DNA of 56,410 bases, taken from IMG/VR virus record IMGVR_UViG_3300044708_000067, positions 1-56,410 of that record; one strand, given 5' to 3'. Below, in pieces: positions 16,313 through 25,323 of the stretch. The notes below the pieces were generated by a model. That model ran no database searches. It saw only the letters and a list, made by a program, of their open reading frames with translations, and was not told where the DNA came from. Every line of letters begins with the position of its first letter. Within the stretch, counting starts at the first letter, position 1. A program made the position numbers and the translations under genes. This stretch comes from a virus. Taxonomy: Duplodnaviria; Caudoviricetes.

Positions 16313-17173
16313 TTGGAAGAAGCCCGCTCGTACAGTAATGTGCGAAGAACAAATAGGACGTGAACTGCAGGGAACCCTGACCGTGTAATGGCGAAGGCAA
16401 TCTGCAACCAAGGCTCATGATGACGAGAGAGTGCAAACAGTGTGGTGAGACGAAGGCGCTGGCGGAATTTCCGGCGCGTCGTCGCTGGTATCTCTACACG
16501 TGCCAGGCGTGCTTCGATGCCGCGAGGCGGGAGAAGCGAAACGGCCTGCGTAAGTGCGATGCTGAGAACCACCTTGGGCTGCGGCTCTGCCGTAGCTGCA
16601 CGACCATTCTTCCACTTGAAGATTTCCCGTTTAGCCACAAGACGAAGGCATGGCGGCGACGCGAGTGCGTTGAATGCTGCAAGGCCAGAGTCGGCGGCTG
16701 GCTGGTCAACAATCGAGCGCGCCACATTTCAAACTGCGCTCGATACTATCAGCGACTCCGCGATCGAGTGTTCAAGGCTTACGGCAACGCATGCGTCTGC
16801 TGTGGAGAGAGCACACCGGAGTTTCTGGTAATCGACCATGTGAACCGGGACGGTGCCAAGCACAGGAAGGAAGTGCTTGGTGCAGCACTTTTCAAGTGGA
16901 TCATCGCCAACGACTTTCCTCCGTCGCTGCGCATCCTCTGCGCAAACTGCAACACGGGGCGAGAAAAGAACGGCGGCGTCTGTCCTCATGAGACAGGCTC
17001 AACGACTAGAGCGCAAGCTCGTACAGCCGAAGCGATTGCGGCTGGAAGCGCGTCCCACCCATACCCGGCCTACGCAGGGTTAATGGGTGAAGAAATAGTC
17101 TGGTCTCAATGGAAACATTGAGCAGGCGCTACGGCGCCGGTCGTGGCCTAGCGGCCCACGGCGAACACAAACG
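16313..17173 (+). mobile_element. Group I self-splicing intron (861 nt) in the major capsid gene
   Basis: Exon ends in U within P1 (GGGU pairs with GCCC). Core GAACTGCAGGGAA...GGCAATCTGCAACCAAG; P7 GACTA 17004 with TAGTC 17096; P9 CTCAATG-GAAA-CATTGAG; terminal G 17173. Splicing restores DVG-L-MNQLGG in frame. Confidence 0.88.
16417..17121 (+). CDS. Intron-encoded HNH homing endonuclease with tandem zinc ribbons
   Basis: Two CxxC...CxxC modules, then YG..CVCCGE...IDHVN.DG...LCANCN...CPH. Confidence 0.85.
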   Translation: MMTRECKQCGETKALAEFPARRRWYLYTCQACFDAARREKRNGLRKCDAENHLGLRLCRSCTTILPLEDFPFSHKTKAWRRRECVECCKARVGGWLVNNRARHISNCARYYQRLRDRVFKAYGNACVCCGESTPEFLVIDHVNRDGAKHRKEVLGAALFKWIIANDFPPSLRILCANCNTGREKNGGVCPHETGSTTRAQARTAEAIAAGSASHPYPAYAGLMGEEIVWSQWKH

Positions 17174-17910
17174 TGATGAACCAGCTTGGCGGCAACACGG
17201 CGCAGACGAACGTGGCCTACACGGGCCTGCAAGCGCCCGTGGCGCCGGACAGCCAGCACCAGATCATCGCTGGCGGCCAGGCGAGCGAAGCGAACCTGAC
17301 CAACGCAGACATCTTCGGCGTGTCGCTGATTCCGCAGATAGTGGCGAAGGCGCAGGGCGGCCTGACCTTCCCCATCAAGCCGACGCTCATCAAGGGCATC
17401 GAAGTGGCGGGCGTGCTGTTCCTGACGGCGCAGCAAGTTCGCGATCTCAAGACCAACTTCACGGACGGCGAGTGGGGCGACATCTACCGCGCCGCCCTGC
17501 AAGGCGGTCAAGTGACGGGCAACCCCATCTTCACCGGGGCTATCGGCTTCTACGACAACGTGGTTCTGCATCAGGAGACACGCTGCCCGTGGGGCGACAC
17601 GTCGCAGAACACGATCTTCAACCCGGTGACAGGCACCACGACGGGCGCGCCAACGGCGCTCGGCGCACCGGCCACTGGCGTGACCAGCGTGGGCCGGGCG
17701 GTGTTCGTCGGCGCGCAGGCTGCCAGCTTTGCCTGCGGAGCCGAAGAGGGCCCAACTGGTCAACCGCTTCGCGTGCGATGGGTCGAGGAGTTGCTCGACG
17801 CCAACAACCAACTTCGCGTGACGGCGGGCATGATCTGGGGCGTGAAGAAGACCATCTTCAACTCCCAGGACTTCGCCACAATAGTCGTATCGACATGGAA
17901 TGCACCGTGA
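17174..17910 (+). CDS. Major capsid protein exon 2 (spliced product 383 aa)
   Basis: NPIFTGAIGFYDNVVLH, RAVFVGAQA...A.G, W.EE..D..N, GMIWGVKKT.FN..DFA are C-terminal motifs of the N4-gp56 family. Confidence 0.88.
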
Positions 17911-17934
17911 CGAGCGGTAGAAAGGAGGACTGAC

Positions 17935-18435
17935 ATGGCAAGTACACTCTACGCAGACAACTACAGCGAGCCGATGGCGGAAGCCTCGGCCTCAGGCATC
18001 ATCGTTGTTCGGCCCTTCCTGTACACCGTCACGGCGGCGCTCGTGGTCAACGACGCCATCGTGCTGATGCCGTTGCAGGGCGCAAGCCTGCCCGGCTTCC
18101 TGTTCACGGGCTATTACATCGACGTTCCCGACCTCGATACCAGCACGGGCTTGGTGCTGGAGTTGGGGGACAGCGGCAGCGCTGCCCGCTTCGTCGCAAC
18201 AGCGGCAGCGGGAAGCATCGGCCAAGTGGCCGGGCGGCTCAGCAGCGTGGCGGCAGTTGGCACGGGTTCTGGCACAGTCGCAGGCGGTGGCGCCTACGGC
18301 ATTCTGCCGAAGTCCTACACGGCCGACGACAACCTGATTCTCACCGTGCAGACGGCGCCGACCACTTCAGCCACAAGCGGCGTCATTCGGGGCTGCGGGT
18401 TCTATACGCAGTGGCCGATTCGGACGTTCTCGTAA
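17935..18435 (+). CDS. Putative capsid decoration/cement protein
   Basis: Directly after the capsid gene with strong AGGAGG RBS; beta-rich, DLDT...L.LG motif. Confidence 0.6.
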   Translation: MASTLYADNYSEPMAEASASGIIVVRPFLYTVTAALVVNDAIVLMPLQGASLPGFLFTGYYIDVPDLDTSTGLVLELGDSGSAARFVATAAAGSIGQVAGRLSSVAAVGTGSGTVAGGGAYGILPKSYTADDNLILTVQTAPTTSATSGVIRGCGFYTQWPIRTFS

Positions 18436-18448
18436 GAGAGGAGGAACA

Positions 18449-18742
18449 ATGTCCAAGCCGGATACCTACTGGCCCGATGGCTTCTGCCACGGCAACGAGC
18501 TGTCGGAGGACACGGACCTCGATCAGATGATCTACCCGGAGCGTCGGGAATGGCCGCCGCCATTCGTCACGTTCATCGCGGGCGAGACCGTGCAAGACAT
18601 GAAGGCACGGCAAGTGCGTGAGGACGAGGCGCGGGAGATGGCCCGCTACCGACGCGACCGGGATTTCGCAATCACCGAAGGGAACGTGACGGGTGCGCAC
18701 ACCGGCCCGCCACGGACCATCGGCAACGGAAAGGAGGACTGA
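18449..18742 (+). CDS. Hypothetical protein
   Basis: GAGGAGG RBS; 97 aa. Confidence 0.65.
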   Translation: MSKPDTYWPDGFCHGNELSEDTDLDQMIYPERREWPPPFVTFIAGETVQDMKARQVREDEAREMARYRRDRDFAITEGNVTGAHTGPPRTIGNGKED

Positions 18743-18747
18743 ACAAC

Positions 18748-19074
18748 ATGGCCGATATGAAGGTCAACGAGCCGGGCATGGACGACGCCCAGGCGCAGGA
18801 AGACCGTCACGGGTGGAAGACATCCGTGGACATGGTGACAGGCAAAGGCCGACTCGCGTACTTCTGCGACGGCGCAGGCCCAGAGGTAGGGAATCAGTAC
18901 GACCCAGACCCGATGGGCGAGGAGTACAACGCCGTGACCTACGGCGGCGAGCCGGGGCCGCACGGCAAGGCGGTCAGCACGCCCAGCGCACTGCAGGAGG
19001 AACGCAGCAGCGGCGGCCGCATGGTGGCCACCGCGCCGCAGAACTACAGCCGCGTCGGCGGCAAGGGCGACTGA
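18748..19074 (+). CDS. Hypothetical Gly/acidic protein
   Basis: AGGAGG RBS; 108 aa. Confidence 0.65.
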   Translation: MADMKVNEPGMDDAQAQEDRHGWKTSVDMVTGKGRLAYFCDGAGPEVGNQYDPDPMGEEYNAVTYGGEPGPHGKAVSTPSALQEERSSGGRMVATAPQNYSRVGGKGD

Positions 19075-19078
19075 GCAA

Positions 19079-19172
19079 GCTCCGCGAACGGAGCCAGCTC
19101 CGCGCACGGGCTTCGCCGGCTAAGCGGACGTTCCTCCCAAGGTCACGCGCTTAGCTAGCTGGCCCGTGCGCG
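19079..19172 (+). ncRNA. Structured intergenic RNA element (two hairpins, CU-rich loop)
   Basis: GCTCCG-cgaa-CGGAGC, then CGCGCACGGGC...GCCCGTGCGCG enclosing GGCTAAGCG/CGCTTAGCT and a TTCCTCCC loop. Confidence 0.45.
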
Positions 19173-19195
19173 AGAGATGAAAGGAGGGTGCGACA

Positions 19196-19393
19196 ATTCC
19201 AAGTTCCACCGAGAGCCAGAGGCGCTTAATGGCCATGTCCATGCGCTATAAACGCGGCGAACTGACCAAGCCGTCTGGCGAAGTGAAGCGCGTGGCTAAG
19301 GGCATGAGCGAGGGCCAGCTACGCGAATACGCCGTGAAGCCGAAGCGCGAACATCACGGCACGCCATTTCGGCACACCGGCAAAGGAGAGTGA
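19196..19393 (+). CDS. DUF3008-like small basic protein, probable AUU start
   Basis: (I)PSSTESQRRLMAMSMRYKRGE...KGMSEGQLREYA; AAGGAGGG SD upstream of ATT 19196 and an in-frame TGA at 19178. Not in the ORF track. Confidence 0.6.
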   Translation: MPSSTESQRRLMAMSMRYKRGELTKPSGEVKRVAKGMSEGQLREYAVKPKREHHGTPFRHTGKGE

Positions 19394-19395
19394 GT

Positions 19396-19584
19396 ATGAC
19401 CGACAAGGCTAAACTCGCGAGCACGTTTCCAGACGGCCCGGCCGACGCCATGAAGAAGCAGGCAGGCAAGACCGACGACGGCGGCGGCTCGACGCCGATC
19501 CGCTACGTGGCCAGCAAAGGCACGCAGCACAGCATGAACCCGAAGAAGGACCAACCGCGCACGATGCGCTATCTGCGGGGGTAA
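19396..19584 (+). CDS. Small hypothetical protein
   Basis: GGAG RBS; follows the upstream stop by 2 nt. Confidence 0.55.
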   Translation: MTDKAKLASTFPDGPADAMKKQAGKTDDGGGSTPIRYVASKGTQHSMNPKKDQPRTMRYLRG

Positions 19585-19586
19585 GC

Positions 19587-20024
19587 ATGCGCCGCAAGCC
19601 CTCGCCGCTGCTTGCCAAGTTTCGCCTGCGCTGCGACACGCGGGGGCGGTACTTTACGGTCCTGATCTTCCGCGACAAAGAGGCGATGCAGCGGTTTCAT
19701 CTGGAGCAGGCGAAACTCGTGCCGGGAGTGTCGCGACTGTATCGCTTTACCGCGCTGACCCGGCTGTGGGGATGGCCAGCGAAGCCACGATTCAGTGGCC
19801 CGCGCGAGATTGGTCAGATTCAGATGTATCACGGCGCGACTGGCAGCGGCATTGTCTCGCACGAGTGCACGCACGCGGCACTGTATTGGTTTCAGCGTTA
19901 TTCCCGCTGGCGACTCAAGGACTTAGCGAAGCGTGCCGCCGATGAACGCCTAGCGTGGGTTCAGGGTTCATTGGTGTCGCAGTTCTGGCGAAACTTCTAT
20001 CGGCTGAAATTGGACCGTGCATGA
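19587..20024 (+). CDS. HExxH-motif putative metallopeptidase
   Basis: IVSHECTHAA...DERLA zincin-like motif. Confidence 0.6.
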   Translation: MRRKPSPLLAKFRLRCDTRGRYFTVLIFRDKEAMQRFHLEQAKLVPGVSRLYRFTALTRLWGWPAKPRFSGPREIGQIQMYHGATGSGIVSHECTHAALYWFQRYSRWRLKDLAKRAADERLAWVQGSLVSQFWRNFYRLKLDRA

Positions 20025-20674
20025 ACTACGGCGATTTGCTGCAGAACATTGCGATGCGGTTGAACCGCCCCGATCTGCTGGCCGTCGTGCCGCCCGCGAC
20101 GCAGGCGGTGATACCGACCTTCGTGCAGGACCGCATTGCGTTCTACCAGAAGGCCCTGTACTCGCCGTCTGAGCAGTTGGACTACAGCATTACCTGTATT
20201 CCGAATCAGAGCATCTACGCCTTCGAGAACTACCCGCTGCTGAAGGGCGTGCAGTGGATTGCGGGCGTGAGGCTGCTGCTGAACAATATCTGGATACCGC
20301 TGTCGCATGTGGATTGGTACAGCGACTTGCTGGCCGCCGACGTGCTGCAGCCCGCGTTCGTCAGCCTGCCGAGCTATTGGGCCACGTACGGTGAGACGAT
20401 TCGCTTTTACCCGAACCCGGATCAGAGTTACCCAATAGAGCTTCAAGCGTGCCTGTCGCCGCCCGCGCCAGTCGCACCGACCGACGTGTCATTCTGGACT
20501 GAAAAAGCCGCCACGCTCATCATCGAAGCCGCGTGCAGCGACATTTGCGCCGCTGTACTGAACGACGACGAGCGCGCGGCGCGGCATGCGCTGCTGACCA
20601 AGCGCGAAGCGGACAGCCTGCAAAGCTGGACAGTGCGGCTACGCGGGGCCAGCCAAGTGCGGCCATATCTGTGA
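20021..20674 (+). CDS. Head-tail adaptor / tail tubular protein A-like
   Basis: MNYGDL...IA..LNR.DL, P.Y....G..IRFYP.PD..Y, W...A..LI pattern of podovirus adaptors. Confidence 0.75.
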   Translation: MNYGDLLQNIAMRLNRPDLLAVVPPATQAVIPTFVQDRIAFYQKALYSPSEQLDYSITCIPNQSIYAFENYPLLKGVQWIAGVRLLLNNIWIPLSHVDWYSDLLAADVLQPAFVSLPSYWATYGETIRFYPNPDQSYPIELQACLSPPAPVAPTDVSFWTEKAATLIIEAACSDICAAVLNDDERAARHALLTKREADSLQSWTVRLRGASQVRPYL

Positions 20675-20678
20675 TGCC

Positions 20679-22109
20679 ATGCCGCTGACACTCAGCCATC
20701 GCAAGTTGCAGAGCTTCAGCCCGGATGTGGATAGTGTTACGCCGGGCATCATCCTCGACGGCAACGACTTCGTGCCCTCAATGCAGGGCTTCCGCACGCT
20801 GCCCGACTTGTTTCAAGCCACAGAGAGCCTGCAGGAGCAGTGCCGTGGCGCAGCGGCGCTGACGTTCCAAGACGGCACGCAATGGATCGTCGCGGGCACG
20901 GAAAACACGCTGAACGCGGTGCTTGCGCAAGACCTGAACGGCAACGCGCCTGCACAGTGGCACACGCAGTACTTGCCAGCGTCCACGCCAAAGACGCGGC
21001 ATTGGTACTTCGCGATGTACCAAGACATAATTATCGCGGTAGACGGCTCGCGAAAGCCCTACGTAGCCACACAGGCAAGCCTGAATGTCGGCGTGTGGAA
21101 CTTCCTCGGCGGCAGTCCGCCCGTGCTGGCGCTGGTCGGCACGTCGGACTTCTCGCTGTTCGGGGTAGAGGCGCAGAACGATGGTGAGCCGTCCGCGAAG
21201 TGGTGGTCCACGCTCAATCCGACGATCTGGACACCGGACATCGCGACCGAGTGCGTGACTTCCACGCTCTCGCAGACCAACGGCGGCATCACGGCGTTGA
21301 AGGCCCTGCGCTCCATGATGGTGCTGTACAAGAATCAGTCTACGTTCATCGGCCAGTTGGTGGGTCCGCCGTTCATCTGGCAGTTCACGGAAGTGTCGCG
21401 GCAGTCGGGCGCAGTCAGCCAAGACGGTGTGGTGTCCGTGCAGGACGGGCACTGGCTGATCGGCCCGGACGACGCTTATATCCTCGACGGCTTCAGCCTG
21501 CCACGCGCACCTAACGCACTGCGCGAGTGGTTCTTCGACCGCGTGGACGACTTCGGCCTGACCAACGTGAAAGGCCGCTTCGATCAGCCGCGCTCGCTGG
21601 CCTTCTGGCACTACCCGGTCAACGGCACGCAAGACGCAACCGTAGCCGACGAATGGATATGCGCCAACGCCCGCACAGGCCAGTGGGCTACGGGGCAACT
21701 ACGCGTGCAGGCTGTCGTACAGCAACTCATCAACTACGACTTGGGCGGCTACTCGACGAGCGGCCTGTTTCGCGACGACGCGGCGCTGTATCTCTACGCG
21801 CCCAACGGGCAGCGCACGACCAACGGCGCGTTCCTGACCACAGGCGACGTAGGCGACCGGCACTATATGTATCAGGTGACGCGGGCGCGGCCGGGCTTCA
21901 CCATCGTCAACGGCACGCCCGTACTGACGCCGCTTTCCACCTACACGCCCGGTGGCGCATACACGGCAGGCGCTCCGGTGCCGCTGTCCGCAGACGGCTG
22001 GTTCAACATGGTAAACACGGCACGCCTGCAGCGCATGCGGCTCAGCGCCGACGCCGACGTGGAGATCGCGGACTTGGAGCTGCAAGTGCAGCCGGTGGGA
22101 GACGTGTAA
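20679..22109 (+). CDS. Tail nozzle / packaged-DNA stabilization protein (P22 gp10-like)
   Basis: Beta-propeller-like repeats; follows the adaptor; F.PD...N..P...G..., G.P.IWQF motifs. Confidence 0.7.
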   Translation: MPLTLSHRKLQSFSPDVDSVTPGIILDGNDFVPSMQGFRTLPDLFQATESLQEQCRGAAALTFQDGTQWIVAGTENTLNAVLAQDLNGNAPAQWHTQYLPASTPKTRHWYFAMYQDIIIAVDGSRKPYVATQASLNVGVWNFLGGSPPVLALVGTSDFSLFGVEAQNDGEPSAKWWSTLNPTIWTPDIATECVTSTLSQTNGGITALKALRSMMVLYKNQSTFIGQLVGPPFIWQFTEVSRQSGAVSQDGVVSVQDGHWLIGPDDAYILDGFSLPRAPNALREWFFDRVDDFGLTNVKGRFDQPRSLAFWHYPVNGTQDATVADEWICANARTGQWATGQLRVQAVVQQLINYDLGGYSTSGLFRDDAALYLYAPNGQRTTNGAFLTTGDVGDRHYMYQVTRARPGFTIVNGTPVLTPLSTYTPGGAYTAGAPVPLSADGWFNMVNTARLQRMRLSADADVEIADLELQVQPVGDV

Positions 22110-22807
22110 TGCCGCTGCCGCTGCCCAACGCGCCGTCGCCGCGTCCGCCTGACGTGCATGTGAATCCGAGTGTTAGCGAGTTGGTGGCCGCCGTGCAGAC
22201 GATTAGCCGCTATCAGCAGGCGCAGGCCGTGTGGCTGCAGCAGCAGTTCGCGGCGGTACGCGCCACGGCGAACTGGCTGGTCGCGCAGCAGGCGAATCGC
22301 AATCTGGTGCCGGATTCGGACGTGAAAGACCCGGTGACATACTGGACGGTGGGTGCGGGGTGGGCCATTACGGAGGGGGTCGGTGTCGGCGGTGGCCGTG
22401 GCTTTACTCTCACGGGAGCAACGGTCACTGCCGACGTAACCAGTACCGCCTTCGTGGTCATCGAAGCGAATCAGTACGTCCTATCGGGCTGGCTGGACGC
22501 CCGCAACCTGCAGAGCGGGCAACTGTCCTGGCTTGTGGTGGACGCGAGCAGCGGCGCAACGATAGCTGAGGCGGTGTATCTGCGAGACGCCGCCGGCGCG
22601 GGCCTGAATGGGCGCACGCAGGCGCTGGTGCAAGTGCCGACCGGCACGCTGCTGGTGAAGGTTGTACTACGCGCGGTGGCCGTGACCACGGCGCCAGAGG
22701 GCATCATAGGCAGCGAGCCGCAGGTAGAACTGCCGGTGGCTGGGCTATTCCCCGGCGTCACCACGCCAGAGGCGACGCTGTACCGCACCAATGTGGGAGA
22801 TCACTGA
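22109..22807 (+). CDS. Tail-associated protein: N-terminal helix plus carbohydrate-binding-like beta-sandwich
   Basis: TAATG overlap; RNLVPDSD....W...W...YVLSGW...PQVE pattern. Confidence 0.55.
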   Translation: MPLPLPNAPSPRPPDVHVNPSVSELVAAVQTISRYQQAQAVWLQQQFAAVRATANWLVAQQANRNLVPDSDVKDPVTYWTVGAGWAITEGVGVGGGRGFTLTGATVTADVTSTAFVVIEANQYVLSGWLDARNLQSGQLSWLVVDASSGATIAEAVYLRDAAGAGLNGRTQALVQVPTGTLLVKVVLRAVAVTTAPEGIIGSEPQVELPVAGLFPGVTTPEATLYRTNVGDH

Positions 22808-23364
22808 TGTCACTCTACCCCGTTACCACGACAGGCCAGCCGCGCGCCGACGCGGTGCGCAAGCTGCCGCCGCCGCTGGCGCTGACGCAGGCGACGCCGA
22901 ACTGCACGCGCGACGGCCTGCACATCGACAAGGTGGCGACACCCGACACGCTGGCCTCGCTGTGGCCGTGGATTCGCGAAGGGCTCTTGTACATCAAGCA
23001 CAAGAACGGCGAGCGCATGCACTGGCTGCCTGAGCATGTGCGGATGGAGATACTGAAAGGCTACGCGGGGCAGTCCATGTGCGAGTGCTTCGTGGGCCAC
23101 GACGCGGAGCACAACACGCTGCGCGGCTTTCTCATCGCCTACCCGCTCGTCGATCCGTTCGTGAACTTGGCGCTGTCATGGCATGTATGGATGAGCACGA
23201 TGAATGACCACACGCTGAACGACGTACTGGCCGAGTTCGAGGGCATGGCGCGGGCGCGCGGCTATCTGCGCTATCAGTGGGGCTCGTCACGCAAGGGCTG
23301 GGAGCGGCGTGCCACGCGCTTCGGCTGCCGCGTGGTTGAGCGCATCATCGCCAAGGAGTTGTGA
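22807..23364 (+). CDS. GNAT-like virion-module protein
   Basis: W.WI..GL...WLPEHV...HVW...AR..G......SSRKGWER; usual position before ejection proteins. Confidence 0.65.
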   Translation: MSLYPVTTTGQPRADAVRKLPPPLALTQATPNCTRDGLHIDKVATPDTLASLWPWIREGLLYIKHKNGERMHWLPEHVRMEILKGYAGQSMCECFVGHDAEHNTLRGFLIAYPLVDPFVNLALSWHVWMSTMNDHTLNDVLAEFEGMARARGYLRYQWGSSRKGWERRATRFGCRVVERIIAKEL

Positions 23365-23367
23365 GCT

Positions 23368-24180
23368 ATGGGTAGTCGGAGCCAAACGAGTCAGTCACTG
23401 CCAGCATGGGCACTGCCGTATGCTCAGGGTTTGCTGCGCACGGGTACGGGATTGGCCTCGCCCGACGCGGTGAAGACGGACGCAGCGGGCAACCCGTACC
23501 GCGACGCGGCGGGCAACCCGATCTCGCTGTCGGCGGGCGGCTTCCCGCTGCAGCCGATGGACCCGGCGATGCTGCAGCAAGTCGCGCCGTTCAACGCGAC
23601 ACAGCAGGCAGGCTTGCAGTATCTAGGCAACAGCGCAGTGCCGGAGGCGTTGCTGGCAGGCCAGGGCGCGAACGAACTGTCACGCACGATGGGCGGCGCG
23701 TACCTGTCCCCCGACACAAACCCCCACCTCGACGCCACTTACGGTTCAGCCTCACGCGGGCTCGTCGATCAGTACCGCATGGCTACAGCGCCGTCGCTGA
23801 TGGCGCAGGCACAGCAGGCGGGCGTATCGGGCGGCTCAGCCGAAGGGCAGCAGCAGGCGTTCAATCAGTACGGGCTGGGGCAGAACCTGTCGGATTTGGC
23901 GACGCAGATTTACGGCGGCAACTACCAAACAGAGCGTGGGCGGCAACTGTCGGCGCTCGGCATGGTGCCGGGAGCGCAGACCGCGCTGGCCGTACCGGGG
24001 CAGCAGTTGCTCGGCGCTGGCACGCTGGAGCAGGGGCAGGCGCAGACAGAACTGGACGTGTCGCGGCAGAACGCCGAGTTGCAGCAGGAATACCCATATC
24101 ATTTAATAAGTTATCTGACGAACCTGATGGGCGGCGTGACGGGTGCCGGGGGCACCACGACGGCGGGGACCAGCAAGTAA
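23368..24180 (+). CDS. DNA ejection / pilot protein
   Basis: MGS...LP.WA.PY, VAPFN..Q..GL, NP.L, Y..ER.RQ, PY motifs; Gln/Gly/Ala rich. Confidence 0.7.
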   Translation: MGSRSQTSQSLPAWALPYAQGLLRTGTGLASPDAVKTDAAGNPYRDAAGNPISLSAGGFPLQPMDPAMLQQVAPFNATQQAGLQYLGNSAVPEALLAGQGANELSRTMGGAYLSPDTNPHLDATYGSASRGLVDQYRMATAPSLMAQAQQAGVSGGSAEGQQQAFNQYGLGQNLSDLATQIYGGNYQTERGRQLSALGMVPGAQTALAVPGQQLLGAGTLEQGQAQTELDVSRQNAELQQEYPYHLISYLTNLMGGVTGAGGTTTAGTSK

Positions 24181-24189
24181 GGAGGCAGC

Positions 24190-24510
24190 ATGGGCACACA
24201 ACAGCAGCAGCAGGCGCCGATGAGCTACGGGATGCGTTCGCCGGGCGGCAGCGGCCAGCCAGACATCACGACGCTGGTAGGCAACGCGGCGCGAATGGGC
24301 GGCATGACCAACGCTGCACTGACCGCGCCGCAGGGCAGCGGGCCGAACATCACGGACCTCGTGCGGCTCGCAGGGCAGAACCAGCGGCAGCAGGGCATGG
24401 CGATGGGCGGCATGCAGGGGCAGGGTGTGGGCTCAGCGCCGCGCACGCCGATGCTGGGGTACGGGCAGTTCGGTATGAGCAACGGCACGGCAAGCGGCGG
24501 GAACAAGTAG
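24190..24510 (+). CDS. Gly/Met/Gln-rich small internal virion protein
   Basis: AAGGAGG RBS; internal duplication GSGQPDITTLV / GSGPNITDLV. Confidence 0.6.
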   Translation: MGTQQQQQAPMSYGMRSPGGSGQPDITTLVGNAARMGGMTNAALTAPQGSGPNITDLVRLAGQNQRQQGMAMGGMQGQGVGSAPRTPMLGYGQFGMSNGTASGGNK

Positions 24511-24519
24511 GAGGCGCGC

Positions 24520-25092
24520 ATGTCTGGAGTCGAGGAAGTATTAGGCGGCGCTAGCGCGGGTGCTGGCGGTGGTGCGGGTGCAGCCGGAACCGCAAGCGCT
24601 GGAGCAGGGGCCGGTGCGGGCGTTGGTGCTGGTGCAGGTGCGGGCGGACTCGGCACGCTCGCCACAGGCGGCGTCGGTTACGGCGCGGCCTCCGGTGGCG
24701 CGTTGGCTGAAGTCGGCGGCGCTGGAACACTGGCTAGTGGTGGCACGGGCGTTGGCCTGACCAGTGGCGGCGGCTTGGTATCTGCTCCTGGTGCTGCGGC
24801 TACGTTCGGCGGTGCAGCGCAGGCACCTGGCCTGCTCAGCAGCATCGGCAGCGGTGCCGTGAACCTTGCCAAGCAAGCAGGCCAGTACGCCAAGGATAAC
24901 CCCGTCAAGACACTCAGCGGCAGCGCCAATGCGTACAAGCAGCTCCGCGACGAACTGAAGGGTGGCCCGCTCGCCCCGGCGCCGCAGATGAGCAAGCCCG
25001 CGCCGGTTGCACCGCCGCAGTTCGGTGGCGGTGGCGCTGTGCTGACGCCCGCGCAACGGCTCGCTGCCGTGTTCGGGTCAGGGAGGCAGTGA
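24520..25092 (+). CDS. Gly/Ala-rich internal virion protein
   Basis: AGGAGG RBS; glycine-zipper-like N-terminal half. Confidence 0.65.
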   Translation: MSGVEEVLGGASAGAGGGAGAAGTASAGAGAGAGVGAGAGAGGLGTLATGGVGYGAASGGALAEVGGAGTLASGGTGVGLTSGGGLVSAPGAAATFGGAAQAPGLLSSIGSGAVNLAKQAGQYAKDNPVKTLSGSANAYKQLRDELKGGPLAPAPQMSKPAPVAPPQFGGGGAVLTPAQRLAAVFGSGRQ

Positions 25093-25322
25093 TGTCCAGC
25101 TTCGGTTCAGGCGGCGGCTCAACAAGTGGAAGCACGGGCGGCACGACCATCAACCACCCGCTAATGGGCCTCGACTTGGGCGCGATTCGCCAACTGGCGC
25201 AGCAGCAGTTCCAGCAGATCGGCCAGCCGCAGAGCAGCATCATCCAGCCGGGGCAGATGGCGCAGCAGTCGCCGCAGCAGCGGCTTGCCAGCGTGCTCCG
25301 AATGTACGGAGGCGGCGCGTAA
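25092..25322 (+). CDS. Small Gly/Gln-rich protein
   Basis: GGGAGG RBS; C-terminus SPQQRLASVL resembles TPAQRLAAVF of the preceding protein. Confidence 0.55.
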   Translation: MSSFGSGGGSTSGSTGGTTINHPLMGLDLGAIRQLAQQQFQQIGQPQSSIIQPGQMAQQSPQQRLASVLRMYGGGA

Positions 25323-25323
25323 C

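Noticed and set aside
15898-17910. Capsid gene as a pseudogene, intein-split gene or two separate genes
   Set aside because: Group I core motifs and exact frame restoration explain the break; no intein motifs are present.
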